In this document: piece after piece, positions 46,560-57,225 of the stretch | Layout of the letters: every line of letters begins with the position of its first letter | Position numbering within the stretch: the first letter of the stretch is position 1 | Translations under genes and position numbers: made by a program | Assembly (NCBI GenBank): GCA_964397545.1 | Contig: CAYNIW010000010.1 | Span: forward strand, 4,687 to 68,686 | DNA length: 64,000 bases | Direction of reading: 5' to 3' | Origin: an uncultured Desulfuromonadaceae bacterium | GTDB taxonomy: Bacteria > SDB-A | The notes under the pieces: model-generated | Database searches by the model: none | Seen by the model: the letters and a program-made list of their open reading frames with translations, nothing else | Told to the model about the DNA's origin: nothing

Positions 46560-48494
46560 TTATTCCACTATGGAAATCTTTCGGGAAACATTTCCCGAAG
46601 CGCTCTCGAGCCTGCAGAAATAAACTCCGTTTGCAAGAAGAGAACCTTCATTGTTCTTGCCGTCAAAAGGTATATGCCTTATCCCCGGCTCCTCTTGTCT
46701 GTCCAAAAGGGTTCTGACCTCCCTTCCGGAGACGTCGTAAATCTTTATGACAACTCTGCCGTGAGAAGGAACTGCGTATGAAATCCATGATCCGGCGCCG
46801 AAAATAGCGTTTGAAAAATAGAGCTCCGGTGTCTCTATTGTAATTCCCTCTCCGATTTCCTCAACCACTCCGTTGAGATCCGCGAGTAAAGCCCTTACGC
46901 AGTATATTTCACTCGGCCAAATAGACCATCCTCCGTCATAATCCCATGCCCTGTCATTTACTGCTGTATAATAACCCCAAGAAGGCTGATTGACGCCGTC
47001 ATAGAATATTCCAACGACGAAATCTTCTCCGGCTTCTATCGTCATTCCCTGTTGAGTTACGTCCACCATATACCACTGCGGAGTTCCGAGCACAGGAAAA
47101 TTGACATTCTGGGTAAATTCTTCTGTTCCCGGTTCCGATCCTCCCCATCTGAATACTTTGCAGTCGAAAATATTTCCTCCGGTCGTAGCGTCGGAGAGCA
47201 TATATTTCGCGCCAATAAGCCTGAAAGGCCCCCGCAGAGAGGGAGCTGTGAGCCTCATAGCCGAACCTGACTCCGGAGTGTCCCAGTAGTAATATCCAGT
47301 CGCGGCGGCAGAATCGTAATAGACTTCTATTGTGTCGCCGAAAGGAAGGGTGTCGAGGATATAAAACACAGAATCGGTGGTGTCTGAAAAAAAATAGTCA
47401 TCACGGCTGAAAACCGATATCAGACAGGAATTGGAAGGATTCCTTGGAACTTCAAAAAGAAGCGGAGAAAGAACAGAATCTCCTATCATACCCCAGCCAA
47501 TGCCGCCGTTGAAACTCAGAAACAAGTCATAGGCGTCAGCATTTCCAGTCCAGGAAACCGAAACTGTATCGCCTGAAAAGAGCGTTTCACCTCCTGAAGG
47601 ATAGACCATTGATATAGCAGTAAATCCGTTGGGTTCTCCCCAAGTGGCGAAAGTGTCGAAAAGGGTCGTTCCTCCTCCTGAGGATATCCAGCTGTAACCG
47701 TCGTTAGGACCTGTTCCGTTCGGAATTCTCTGAATTGAATAATTATTGTAAGGTCCGACCCAACCGAGCTGGTCCCTTCTGGCAGTGTCAGGAGTAAAAA
47801 GATAACAGACATCCTGAGACGCGAAATCGAAGCCGAATTCCGATTCGTCCACAACAACGAAAGATCTCGGCAAGAGAATATGCGACCCGAGAGCCGAGAC
47901 GGCGTCGCCGTCGGACAAAAGCCAACCGTCAAGATCTACTGTGTCAGTCCATGACATGTTGACGAATTCAATCGAATCGTCACCGGAAGTCGGATATGGG
48001 TCTATCTCGTTGATTATAACATAGCCGTCGAGAGGAGCCGGGGCGGCGTCATTCGGAGAGCCCGGTGTCGGGGTCGCATCTATGTTGAAATCTCTTCCCA
48101 TACTGCCGGACCAGTATCCGTCGGTAATTCTCGACACGGACCATCCGACTATGGAGACCGGAGCCGGACCTGCATCGCCGAAAGCGACAACGTCAACAAG
48201 CGTGTCGCCCGGTCTGAATAGAAAAATTGAATCTCCGTCATTGTCCATTATCGCCACGGATATGCTGAAGTTCATGACGGAATTAGCGCCTATAATGCCT
48301 GAAAGCAGAAGTGAATCGCCGTCTATCGCGGATGTTATTTTCCAGCCCGTCAGATCTATCTGAGATGCCGTCGCATTGTATAATTCAACCCACTCCGTCC
48401 CTTTAGGCGCGAATTCGTTAATGACGACATCAGGAACCTGCGAGTTAAGGCACACAGCAACGGTTAAAAAAATGAATAACCCAAATATCCTCAT
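46560..48494 (-). CDS. Larger paralog: LTD-repeat secreted protein with a T9SS C-terminal domain
   Basis: It has a signal peptide. The two LTDs are VVINEFAPKGTEWVELYN...LTGWKI and VIINEIDPYPTSGDDSIEF...LDGWLL. It carries an extra beta-rich middle domain, and the CTD is IKIYDVSGREVRTL...GVYFCRL...ISIVE. Confidence 0.6.
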   Translation of the reverse strand: MRIFGLFIFLTVAVCLNSQVPDVVINEFAPKGTEWVELYNATASQIDLTGWKITSAIDGDSLLLSGIIGANSVMNFSISVAIMDNDGDSIFLFRPGDTLVDVVAFGDAGPAPVSIVGWSVSRITDGYWSGSMGRDFNIDATPTPGSPNDAAPAPLDGYVIINEIDPYPTSGDDSIEFVNMSWTDTVDLDGWLLSDGDAVSALGSHILLPRSFVVVDESEFGFDFASQDVCYLFTPDTARRDQLGWVGPYNNYSIQRIPNGTGPNDGYSWISSGGGTTLFDTFATWGEPNGFTAISMVYPSGGETLFSGDTVSVSWTGNADAYDLFLSFNGGIGWGMIGDSVLSPLLFEVPRNPSNSCLISVFSRDDYFFSDTTDSVFYILDTLPFGDTIEVYYDSAAATGYYYWDTPESGSAMRLTAPSLRGPFRLIGAKYMLSDATTGGNIFDCKVFRWGGSEPGTEEFTQNVNFPVLGTPQWYMVDVTQQGMTIEAGEDFVVGIFYDGVNQPSWGYYTAVNDRAWDYDGGWSIWPSEIYCVRALLADLNGVVEEIGEGITIETPELYFSNAIFGAGSWISYAVPSHGRVVIKIYDVSGREVRTLLDRQEEPGIRHIPFDGKNNEGSLLANGVYFCRLESASGNVSRKISIVE

Positions 48495-48556
48495 TCTGCC
48501 TCCTTTAATGAATTCATTAAAAATAAGACATCATAATTGTTAAAAAAAGATAAACT

Positions 48557-48967
48557 TCAGGGATTTTTTGATTCTGTTTCGGAAGCGCTCTTTTTCAGTT
48601 CATAAAGGTTTCCGTCTTTGTCCTTTACAAAAAGGACAGTCCTGTTTGAAGATCTGTGTCTGATGAACTCATATCCGAGTTTCTGCCCTCTGGCAACTAC
48701 TCCCGGAACGTCGTCTACCCGAAAACAGATGTGGGCAAAATTCTTTTCAGCTTTCCTGTAGCCTTTGAGAACGAATACTTCTATCCAGTCCTCCTTTGAC
48801 AGGTAAATATAAGCGTGAGTCGGCTCGGCGATTTCAAAAAGAGCCACGGAAGCCGAAGAATCCAAACCGTAGCTGTATAGATATTTGCACTTCATTACAT
48901 CTACGAAAAATTCTTTCGCTTTCTCTGCGGACGAAACAGTAATCGCGACGTGTGCAATCATATTCAT
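48557..48967 (-). CDS. VOC/glyoxalase family protein
   Basis: It has MNMIAHVAITVSSAEKAKEFF and HICFRVDD. I prefer the internal start because the track start runs into the divergent nudix start. Confidence 0.5.
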   Translation of the reverse strand: MNMIAHVAITVSSAEKAKEFFVDVMKCKYLYSYGLDSSASVALFEIAEPTHAYIYLSKEDWIEVFVLKGYRKAEKNFAHICFRVDDVPGVVARGQKLGYEFIRHRSSNRTVLFVKDKDGNLYELKKSASETESKNP

Positions 48968-49043
48968 TTTTCTACCAAATAAAATCAAAGAGGTAAACGG
49001 ATATTTTAAGCGCCGGTTTATTCCCCCTGCAAAAAATCTCTTC

Positions 49044-49616
49044 ATGTTATATAATTATGCTCTATATACAAAGGAGCAGACGCTGAAAGAGAAAAAAATA
49101 GAATCCCGCACTCTTTTTGAGGGAAAGATAATAACCGTTAAAAAAGACCTCGTCAGTTTAGGAGACGATAAAACGGCTACGAGAGAAATCGTCCTTCACA
49201 AAAAGGCGGTAGCCGTGGTGCCGGTCGTTGAAGAGGGATTTATCCTCATACGGCAATTCAGATATGCCGCGGATGAGATTCTCTGGGAAATCCCTGCCGG
49301 CATAATGGAAGACGGCGAGACTCCCGACGAGACAGCACAAAGAGAGCTCATAGAAGAGACGGGTTTCAGACCTGTAAAACTCGAACAACTCTGCCGTTTT
49401 TACACAACCCCGGGTTTTTCAAACGAAGAAGTGATAATTTATTATTCTCAAAATCTGACTCCCGACAGATCTTTCTCTCCGGACCCGGACGAAAACATCG
49501 AAATGAAGGTTTTTTCACACTCTGAAATCCGGGCTTCTCTTAAAAACGGTTTAATAAGGGATTCAAAGACAATTATTGGACTTCTCCTCGCACTCGAAAA
49601 AATTGAAAAAGCTTAA
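49044..49616 (+). CDS. NUDIX hydrolase (ADP-ribose pyrophosphatase-like)
   Basis: It has the Nudix box GIMEDGETPDETAQRELIEETG. Confidence 0.75.
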   Translation: MLYNYALYTKEQTLKEKKIESRTLFEGKIITVKKDLVSLGDDKTATREIVLHKKAVAVVPVVEEGFILIRQFRYAADEILWEIPAGIMEDGETPDETAQRELIEETGFRPVKLEQLCRFYTTPGFSNEEVIIYYSQNLTPDRSFSPDPDENIEMKVFSHSEIRASLKNGLIRDSKTIIGLLLALEKIEKA

Positions 49617-51354
49617 ACTTTCAGCAATAATTCTTGTATTCGCGGGTTGTTTTGCAATACAAGCAGAAGAAATAGTTTTAGATCCTGAAAAAACATCATT
49701 AATCATTGATATGACCGAAGAGCTAGGCATCGGTCTTCTCGACCTGAACTCATGCCCCGCCGAAAGCCTGCTTCTTTTGCCGTATATGGACTATGAAAAG
49801 GCTCTCATTATTATCAGGAACAGGCCTCATTTCTCCGTCGAAACAGCGCTATACGGAGCAGGTTTCTCCTTTTCTCAGATAGAGCTTTTGAAGAATTTTT
49901 TTTTCACAGGAGACAGGGCGAAAACAGCCGCTCCTTTTCATTACAATTTCAGAACATCTCTGTCTTACAAAGAATTCGACGACTCTCTGCACCGCCGCCA
50001 GCCTTTCGGCGACCTCAATTATGTAAAAATCGAAAGAGGGTCTCTGAGTTTTTCCCTCTCTGCCGGTTTGGACCCCGGAGAGAACGGTTATCCGGATTTT
50101 TTGAACGCTTGCGCAGTCCACTTCGGGAAAAATATAACCATCATAGCCGGAACCCAGAGAATACAGACCGGAGCCGGGCTCCTTTTTTCAGGCGCTTCTT
50201 TCGGGACTGCAGTCATCCCTTCTTCTCCATACAGAATTTCTCCTTACGCCGGATACGCGGAACTCGGCGTTCCAGCGGGATTGTCCGTGCAGATGGAAAA
50301 AGATAAATTCGCCATCGCCTGCCTTGCGGCTTTCAGATTTTACGACGCAGCGCTCGACTCGGCGGGAAACGCCTTGAGATTAGACGACGACGGATATCAT
50401 GCCTCGAGCCTCGAGAGAGAGAGAAAGAGAAATTTCAGGACGGCGGAGGCGGATCTTATAATATCATACGGCAGTATGGCGTCTGTCGTCTTTAACTACG
50501 CTTCTTTCAGCAGGCCTCTTGCTTTCGATGAGGACAGATTCAATAAAAACTTCAAAGCGATTGAACTCGTCATAGACAGAAAAACACATAAATCTTCAGT
50601 ATTTATTGACATATCCCGGTCAGAACCAGGAGATATCGGCGCTTATTTCGCCTTTTCAGGCTACACCGGCATACTCAAAACACAACTGGCGTTTTTCAGA
50701 TACGGAAAGGATTACAAGGTTTTGTTTTCAGCGCCTCCGTCGGAACTCGGGCCCGAGAATGAACAGGGTGTGATAACTTCCCTTTCCATGCCGTTTTCTT
50801 CGGCAAAAGCCGCGGCTTCATTCATGTATTTTCAGGAAATCGAAGCCGACAGCATAGAAAAGAAATTCAGAACCGAATTCGGCATTGATCTTGAAAACAG
50901 ATTCACAAAAGATATTTCTCTGTCTTTTTCTTCCAACATAAAGCGGCTCAACGGCAAATACAGCGGTTTTCCCGGAATAAACCCCAGAAAAGAGTCTTAT
51001 TCTTTTTCCCTCGATTTTTTAAGATCTTCCCTCGCCTATCATATCTGTATCGCCAGTGACAGCGCTTTCAGGGAAAAGGGCGAGGCTTTCTCCGTTAAAC
51101 TCGTCCTCCCTGTTTCCGACATGGAGTTTATACTGCACGCCTGTTCATACTCAACGCCTTCTTTCGCTTCGGTAATATACATCTATCAGCCTCAAAATCC
51201 GGGGTCATTCGGCTTTCTTAACGCATACGGCGAAGGCGAAGCCCTGAGGCTCATGGCGAGAAAGAAATCCGGACATTTTCATCTCTCCTTTTTCGCGGAC
51301 ATAACAGGAAAACACAAATCTCTCGGCGCTTATTTCGATGTCAAAATACCCTGA
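49603..51354 (+). CDS. Secreted protein with an N-terminal ComEA-like helix-hairpin-helix and a large C-terminal domain of unknown function
   Basis: It has the signal peptide KKLKLSAIILVFAGCFA and the HhH segment DLNSCPAESLLLLPYMDYEKALIIIRNRP. The start is uncertain (49576 or 49603). Confidence 0.4.
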   Translation: MKKLKLSAIILVFAGCFAIQAEEIVLDPEKTSLIIDMTEELGIGLLDLNSCPAESLLLLPYMDYEKALIIIRNRPHFSVETALYGAGFSFSQIELLKNFFFTGDRAKTAAPFHYNFRTSLSYKEFDDSLHRRQPFGDLNYVKIERGSLSFSLSAGLDPGENGYPDFLNACAVHFGKNITIIAGTQRIQTGAGLLFSGASFGTAVIPSSPYRISPYAGYAELGVPAGLSVQMEKDKFAIACLAAFRFYDAALDSAGNALRLDDDGYHASSLERERKRNFRTAEADLIISYGSMASVVFNYASFSRPLAFDEDRFNKNFKAIELVIDRKTHKSSVFIDISRSEPGDIGAYFAFSGYTGILKTQLAFFRYGKDYKVLFSAPPSELGPENEQGVITSLSMPFSSAKAAASFMYFQEIEADSIEKKFRTEFGIDLENRFTKDISLSFSSNIKRLNGKYSGFPGINPRKESYSFSLDFLRSSLAYHICIASDSAFREKGEAFSVKLVLPVSDMEFILHACSYSTPSFASVIYIYQPQNPGSFGFLNAYGEGEALRLMARKKSGHFHLSFFADITGKHKSLGAYFDVKIP

Positions 51355-53692
51355 TTACATAGATGTATTAATCCCAAAAAGAAGGATAATACTCACTTAT
51401 TCAATCCAAAACATGAATGACGCTGAACATGTTATCGGCAGGCTCGCTGAAGTTCCCCTAAGAAATGAAACTGCCGTGGGCTGTGTCCTCAGATTCTCAA
51501 GTGAAAAAGAACTGAATAAAATTCTCCCCATTAAAAGGTTAATCGGGCGGGAGTCTTTTATAGATGAGAATGGAATACAATTGGCGCATTTCATGAGTTC
51601 GTATTACGGATATCCTCTTGACGAATGTTTCATGAAAATTTTTCCTTCCGGTCTTTTCTCGTGTCTGAAAAAAAAAATTTCCGCGTCAAAAGAACTGCCA
51701 AAAGACAAACTCGCCAAATCGGGCATTGTCGGCGCTCTATTCAAAAAAGAGAGTATGAATTTCGAATATTTTTTGGAGAAAATAAAATCCGAGGGCAATC
51801 TGCGGCTATTCGGAGACCTCACTGAAAAGAAGCTTCTCGAAACCTCATACAGTCTTTCGCCCCCTACAGCCTTCAAATACACAGAGAGAATAATATCGCT
51901 TAAAGAGACAGTCTCCTTTGACGAAAAAGGTTTTGAAAAAACAATCGTGGATTTTCTCGTCTCAAGCGGAAATTCATGCGAGCTTACGAAAATTATAGGC
52001 GTTTTCGGCGAAAAAGGAGTCTTTGCAGTGGTGTCGCTTTTGAGAAAAAAAGTTTTGACGACCCAAAAAATTCAACCTCTCTCAGGCGGTTGTGAAAAAT
52101 TCAAACTCACTGCCGATCAGGAAATATGCTGTAAAAATATTGATCTCGACGAAAAAGGAGCTTTTCTTCTAAAAGGTGTCACCGGAAGCGGTAAAACATA
52201 TGTATATTCCAAATGCATTGAGAAAATACTCGAAAACGGCAGAGCCGCGTTATATCTCGTCCCAGAGATAGCGCTTATACCTCAGACAGTTCGTTTCTTT
52301 ACGAAATTTCTCCCCGGCGCCGTTATTATGACGTATCACAGCTCTATGTCCCCCAAAAAGAGGTTTGACACGTTCAGAAATGCGAGAGATGGAAAATGTT
52401 CTCTTCTTGTAGGGACGAGATCCGCAATTTTTCTGCCTCTTAAAAACACAGGCATCATAGTAGTTGACGAAGAACACTCTCAGCACTACAAAGAAGAAGA
52501 ATCCGGTCCTTTTTATTCAGCGAGGGATATAGCAGTCTGGAAAGGTAAAAATCTCCAAATACCTGTTATACTCGGAAGCGCGACACCCTCATCCGAATCC
52601 ATTTTCAACGCCAAAAAAGAAAAATACAGACTTATTGAGCTGAAAAAGAGGATTTCAGAGACGAAAATGCCCCAATGCGTTCTCACCCCTGTTTTCAAGT
52701 CGCGAAGAGACGCTATTTCAGATGAGCTTAAAAAAGAACTCGAGCTTAATTTCAAAAACGGCCAGCAGTCGGTTCTTTTCATAAACAGAAGAGGATTTTC
52801 TCATTTCGCCGTATGCCCGTCCTGTTCAAGTGTTATCAACTGCGGGCACTGCAATGTATCCATGACATATCATGAAAGCAAAGAAAAACTCGTATGCCAT
52901 TACTGCGGTAAAGAGAGGAAACTCCCCGATAAATGCCCTGTCTGTTCTCATCCAAAAATTCACCTGCACGGAGCGGGGACAGAAAGAATAGAAAAAGAAC
53001 TAAAAAAAATTCTTCCCCTGACGGAGATTCTAAGACTCGACACCGACGTTATTAAAAAAACAAAACACGGGCACGAGGACTTCTTCAGAGATTTTCATTC
53101 AGGAAGATATCCGGTCCTCGTAGGAACTCAGATGATTTCCAAGGGCCTTGACTTTCCGGGAGTTTCTCTTGTCGGAATAATTGACGCCGACAGCGCGCTT
53201 TCCTTTCCCGATTTCAGAGCTCAGGAGAACGCTTTTCAGCTCATAGTCCAGACGGCTGGCAGAGCGGGAAGGATTGGTCAGGACAGCAAAGTCCTCATAC
53301 AGACCTGTAACCCCTCAAATCCGGTTCTTTTTTTCGCGAAAAACCACGACTACGACGGATTTATTGCGACAGAGCTAAAATCGAGGCAGGAAGTGGGATA
53401 TCCGCCCTTCACGAGAATCGCGAGAGTCCTGATCTCCTCGCCTTTCAACGAAAAAGCCCTGAACACGGCAAAAAAAGCCAAAAAAATACTCCAAAAATCC
53501 CTGCCCGAAACGGAGATAATCGGACCTGCCCCCTGCCCTCTTGAGAAAATCCGGAACAGTTACAGGTGGCATTTTCTCGTAAAAGCTCCCAAAAATGTCT
53601 CCCTCGGAGAAAAAATTCTCCGCTCCGGTATATGGGAACTTAAAAAAGGGGTAAAAATCTACATTGATGTTGATCCTGTAAGAATGCTTTAA
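51338..53692 (+). CDS. priA: Primosomal protein N' (replication restart helicase)
   Basis: It has Walker A GVTGSGKT, the DEEH box, and the Cys4 zinc fingers CPSCSSVINCGHC and CHYCG...CPVCSH. Confidence 0.85.
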   Translation: MSKYPDYIDVLIPKRRIILTYSIQNMNDAEHVIGRLAEVPLRNETAVGCVLRFSSEKELNKILPIKRLIGRESFIDENGIQLAHFMSSYYGYPLDECFMKIFPSGLFSCLKKKISASKELPKDKLAKSGIVGALFKKESMNFEYFLEKIKSEGNLRLFGDLTEKKLLETSYSLSPPTAFKYTERIISLKETVSFDEKGFEKTIVDFLVSSGNSCELTKIIGVFGEKGVFAVVSLLRKKVLTTQKIQPLSGGCEKFKLTADQEICCKNIDLDEKGAFLLKGVTGSGKTYVYSKCIEKILENGRAALYLVPEIALIPQTVRFFTKFLPGAVIMTYHSSMSPKKRFDTFRNARDGKCSLLVGTRSAIFLPLKNTGIIVVDEEHSQHYKEEESGPFYSARDIAVWKGKNLQIPVILGSATPSSESIFNAKKEKYRLIELKKRISETKMPQCVLTPVFKSRRDAISDELKKELELNFKNGQQSVLFINRRGFSHFAVCPSCSSVINCGHCNVSMTYHESKEKLVCHYCGKERKLPDKCPVCSHPKIHLHGAGTERIEKELKKILPLTEILRLDTDVIKKTKHGHEDFFRDFHSGRYPVLVGTQMISKGLDFPGVSLVGIIDADSALSFPDFRAQENAFQLIVQTAGRAGRIGQDSKVLIQTCNPSNPVLFFAKNHDYDGFIATELKSRQEVGYPPFTRIARVLISSPFNEKALNTAKKAKKILQKSLPETEIIGPAPCPLEKIRNSYRWHFLVKAPKNVSLGEKILRSGIWELKKGVKIYIDVDPVRML

Positions 53693-53709
53693 GGAGATTT
53701 TTTACTTAA

Positions 53710-53784
<75 letters not shown>

Positions 53785-53820
53785 CGATCGTAAAGAATAT
53801 AGATAAAAACAAAACTTTTG

Positions 53821-54282
53821 TCAAGGAATGTCGTCTGAGAATAAATTGAGCTGAACTGAATCGGGTTCTCTGAATTTGACAGGGCTGTCTTCTCCTTTTT
53901 TATCGGAAAGCCTGTATAGTCCGGATTTTTTTAGTTCAGACCTTAATTCCTTCAGCGATTTTCTGACTTCTTTGATTATGATTTTCGTCTTCTGAGCCGA
54001 TGATAATTTAGCCGCTTTTGCTTTCGTGGAAAATCTCAATTCAAATTCCTGAAGAGCTCCTTCTATAGTGTATTTTTTATTGTAAAGAAGATCGACAATC
54101 GCCAAAGCGATATCGAGATCTTCCGGAGTATATCGTCTCCTTCCGGATTTGTCTTTTCTGGGTTTTAAAAAAGCCGAGAATTTCTCTTCCCAAAATCTCA
54201 AAACATAGGGATTCACGCCTGCTTTTTTAGATACGTCTCCGATGGAATAATAAACTCTCTTTTTGGAAAAGAATTTCTTCAA
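53821..54282 (-). CDS. MerR family transcriptional regulator
   Basis: It has the HTH YSIGDVSKKAGVNPYVLRFWE. Confidence 0.7.
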   Translation of the reverse strand: MKKFFSKKRVYYSIGDVSKKAGVNPYVLRFWEEKFSAFLKPRKDKSGRRRYTPEDLDIALAIVDLLYNKKYTIEGALQEFELRFSTKAKAAKLSSAQKTKIIIKEVRKSLKELRSELKKSGLYRLSDKKGEDSPVKFREPDSVQLNLFSDDIP

Positions 54283-55283
54283 TTCGGTATCTCCGGTTTG
54301 AGATCCCTCTCCATAAGTCTGTCAACAGCCTCTAAAGGCGTCAATTTCCCGTCCAATATGCCGACTACGGCGGAAGTTATGGGCATCTCAATGCCTTTTT
54401 CTTTTGATATCCTCTCGGCTATTCTCGCGGTCCTTTCTCCTTCGGCTACCATCAGCATTTCACTTTGAATATCGGAAAGACTCGCCCCCCTGCCAAGTTT
54501 TTCCCCCATTGTTCTGTTTCTGCTGTAGTTCGAAAAACAGGTTGTTATTAGGTCTCCGAAACCGGAAAGTCCTGAAAAAGTCTCTTTTTTAGCTCCGAGA
54601 GCCGTGCCGAGTTTTTCAATTTCGAATTGCCCTCTCGTCATAAGTGCGGCTTTCGCGTTTGTCCCGAGGTCCATTCCGTCTAAAATACCTGCGGCCAAAG
54701 CAATAATATTTTTCAAAGCTCCTCCGAGCTCCACGCCTTTGACGTCGTCTGAAGTATAAACCCTCAGTCTTTTGGAAGAGAGCGTCTTTTGTATTTTTGA
54801 CGCAAGATGCGGGTTGGACGAGGCTGCCACGCATGAAGCCGGCAGTCCTGCCGCAATTTCAGCCGCTATTGTCGGGCCCGACACCACGGCTATTTTATCT
54901 TCGGGAAAAAACTTTTTCATCGAATCGCTGAGAAGAAAAGAATCTTTACCTCCGAGCCCTTTTGTAAAATTCACAAAATCAGACCCGCTTTCTTTCAGAG
55001 GAGAAATGTTTTCGAGAGTTGTGTTGAAAAATTTTGAAGGAACAACGATGAATACCAGGTCAGCGTCCCTGCCTTCTTCTACGGGAGAGTCTATTATAAC
55101 GACTGAATCACCGAGCTTGAACCCGGGAAGAAACAGTTTGTTTTCCCTTTCTTCTTTCAATGCCCGCCGGCGTTCTTCCAGCGGTTCGAAAAGATATACC
55201 TTTGCTCCGAGTCTTTCAAGATAAAGCGCGAGAGTCGTCCCCCAATTTCCGGCGCCGACGATTTTTACCTGTTTTTTTTCCAA
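54279..55283 (-). CDS. gpsA: NAD(P)H-dependent glycerol-3-phosphate dehydrogenase
   Basis: The N-terminus is KIVGAGNWGTTLA and the C-terminal GpsA domain is present. Confidence 0.9.
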   Translation of the reverse strand: MEKKQVKIVGAGNWGTTLALYLERLGAKVYLFEPLEERRRALKEERENKLFLPGFKLGDSVVIIDSPVEEGRDADLVFIVVPSKFFNTTLENISPLKESGSDFVNFTKGLGGKDSFLLSDSMKKFFPEDKIAVVSGPTIAAEIAAGLPASCVAASSNPHLASKIQKTLSSKRLRVYTSDDVKGVELGGALKNIIALAAGILDGMDLGTNAKAALMTRGQFEIEKLGTALGAKKETFSGLSGFGDLITTCFSNYSRNRTMGEKLGRGASLSDIQSEMLMVAEGERTARIAERISKEKGIEMPITSAVVGILDGKLTPLEAVDRLMERDLKPEIPN

Positions 55284-55915
55284 TTCAGCTTTTTCTCCTC
55301 TCCTCTTAAAAGCCTGCTAATATTTTTTCTGTGCGTAAAAACCACAAAAAATGCCATCGTCAATCCGTAATAAAACTCTCCTTGAGTAAGGCTGACCGGG
55401 AGGCTCAAAAGCTTTACGACGAAAAGAAGCGCCGCGTAGCTGAAGGCGGAAATAATCGAACCAAGCGATACTATCCTGAAAAGGGTTAACAGAGACAAAA
55501 AAACGCAAAAAATGACAAGAGACAGAACCGGAGTCAGGATAATAACCGTCCCCAGTGCAGTTGCCACGCCTTTGCCTCCCTTAAAACCCAGATAAGGAGA
55601 AAAGACATGTCCAGCGACGGCGCAAATAGCGCATATTGAAGGCAAATATTCTACGGCAAAACCGCTGTCGGAAAAATACTTTCCGGCAATTATCTTCGCG
55701 GCGAGAACAGGCAAAAGACCTTTAAGGATATCGAATAGGAAAGTCGCCAGACCCGGTTTCAGCCCCACTGTCCTGATGACGTTGGTCGCCCCTATATTTC
55801 TGCTTCCTTCTTTTCTCGGGTCTTTTCCGTAACGTCTTGAAATTATAAGCCCGGTCGGAATTCCGCCGAGTAAAAAAGAACATAAAGAAAAAAGAAAGAC
55901 CGCGGCATAAATCAT
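55265..55915 (-). CDS. plsY: Glycerol-3-phosphate acyltransferase PlsY
   Basis: It has GSRNIGATNVIRTVG and membrane topology typical of PlsY. Confidence 0.9.
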   Translation of the reverse strand: MIYAAVFLFSLCSFLLGGIPTGLIISRRYGKDPRKEGSRNIGATNVIRTVGLKPGLATFLFDILKGLLPVLAAKIIAGKYFSDSGFAVEYLPSICAICAVAGHVFSPYLGFKGGKGVATALGTVIILTPVLSLVIFCVFLSLLTLFRIVSLGSIISAFSYAALLFVVKLLSLPVSLTQGEFYYGLTMAFFVVFTHRKNISRLLRGEEKKLNWKKNR

Positions 55916-57225
55916 TTTTTATTCTTTTTCTCGGGTCTGATTTTAACAACCACGCCTTCGAGTTCGAATTCCGATCTCATTGATTTTTCTATATACTTCA
56001 GATAAGGGTCAGAAATGCCTTCAGGTATGTTGGTTTTTGCCGTGATTATATGAGGGAGTTTTCTGACGAGTTCAAAAGAATAAATATTCACCCGTTTAGT
56101 CCCTATCATCGGAGGATGCTGTCTGACTGCCGCTTCGAGAAGAACGGAGTTCAGGCGGTCCGGTTCTATATCGGCTTCTCCGGTGTTGTATACCTGGTAT
56201 ATTTTTGCTACTAATTTGGGAACACCTGTCTTTCTCAGAGCCGAAACAAGCATAACGGGAATGAACGATCTCGATTTCATAGATAATTTAACTTTTTTAA
56301 GAAGGCTTTCCCGCATTTGAGGATCCACCAAATCTGTCTTGTTGAGACAGATAATAATCCCTCCCGCGGTCTGTTCAATCTCTTTCAAAACTCTCCAGTC
56401 TCCTCTGACAAAACCCTGGCTTAGGTCTGCGACCAACAGAGTTATTCCGCTTCCTCTGTATTCATCCCATGCTCTTTTAATGCTGTAATACTCGATGGAG
56501 CTTTCAACCCTCGCTAATCTTCTGTAACCCGCGGTATCTACAATCTGAAAATCAAGGCCGTGATACTTTATGCTTTCACTCACGGGGTCTCTCGTAGTGC
56601 CGGGTTCTGAATGAACTATGGATCTTATCCTGTTGAGGAAAGCATTCATGAGGGAGGATTTTCCGACATTGGGTCTTCCGGCTATCGTTATCTTTAAGGG
56701 TTTTTTTGATTCTTTCGGTATTACCCCTGCGGTTGTGTTTTTAACTGCATCGAGCAGTTCCCCTATTCCGAATCCCTGCGCCGCAGAAATTACCAATGGG
56801 TCTCCGAAACCGAGTTCATAAAAAGGGAAATCCATGCCGGAAGAAGAAGGATTGTCGGCTTTGTTGACTGTTAGAATAACTTTTATGCCTGATTTTCTTA
56901 ATATATCCGCTATGTCTTTGTCGCCGGGGGTCAGGCCGGATTTGCCGTCGACGAGAAAAACCACGGCAGAAGACTTTTCCAAAAGGTTTTTGAGTATTCT
57001 GGATATCTCTTCCATTATGCCGGCTTTTGAGTCGTAACCGAAAAGACCTCCAGTGTCGACGAAACTGAATATTTCCCCGCACCAATCGACGTCGCCGTAA
57101 TTGAAATCCCTCGTCACTCCGGGTTTTTCGTCAACTATGGCTTTTCTCTTTCCAAGCAGTCTGTTGAAAAGAGTTGATTTTCCGACATTCTGCCGGCCTA
57201 TTATGCTAATTAGAGGTTTTGCCAT
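55912..57225 (-). CDS. der: Ribosome biogenesis GTPase Der (EngA)
   Basis: It has two tandem GTPase domains (GRQNVGKSTL and GRPNVGKSSL) and a KH-like C-terminus. Confidence 0.9.
   Translation of the reverse strand: MAKPLISIIGRQNVGKSTLFNRLLGKRKAIVDEKPGVTRDFNYGDVDWCGEIFSFVDTGGLFGYDSKAGIMEEISRILKNLLEKSSAVVFLVDGKSGLTPGDKDIADILRKSGIKVILTVNKADNPSSSGMDFPFYELGFGDPLVISAAQGFGIGELLDAVKNTTAGVIPKESKKPLKITIAGRPNVGKSSLMNAFLNRIRSIVHSEPGTTRDPVSESIKYHGLDFQIVDTAGYRRLARVESSIEYYSIKRAWDEYRGSGITLLVADLSQGFVRGDWRVLKEIEQTAGGIIICLNKTDLVDPQMRESLLKKVKLSMKSRSFIPVMLVSALRKTGVPKLVAKIYQVYNTGEADIEPDRLNSVLLEAAVRQHPPMIGTKRVNIYSFELVRKLPHIITAKTNIPEGISDPYLKYIEKSMRSEFELEGVVVKIRPEKKNKK

Noticed and set aside
54279-57225. gpsA-plsY-der cluster as something unusual
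   Set aside because: This is a widely conserved bacterial housekeeping arrangement and is ordinary.
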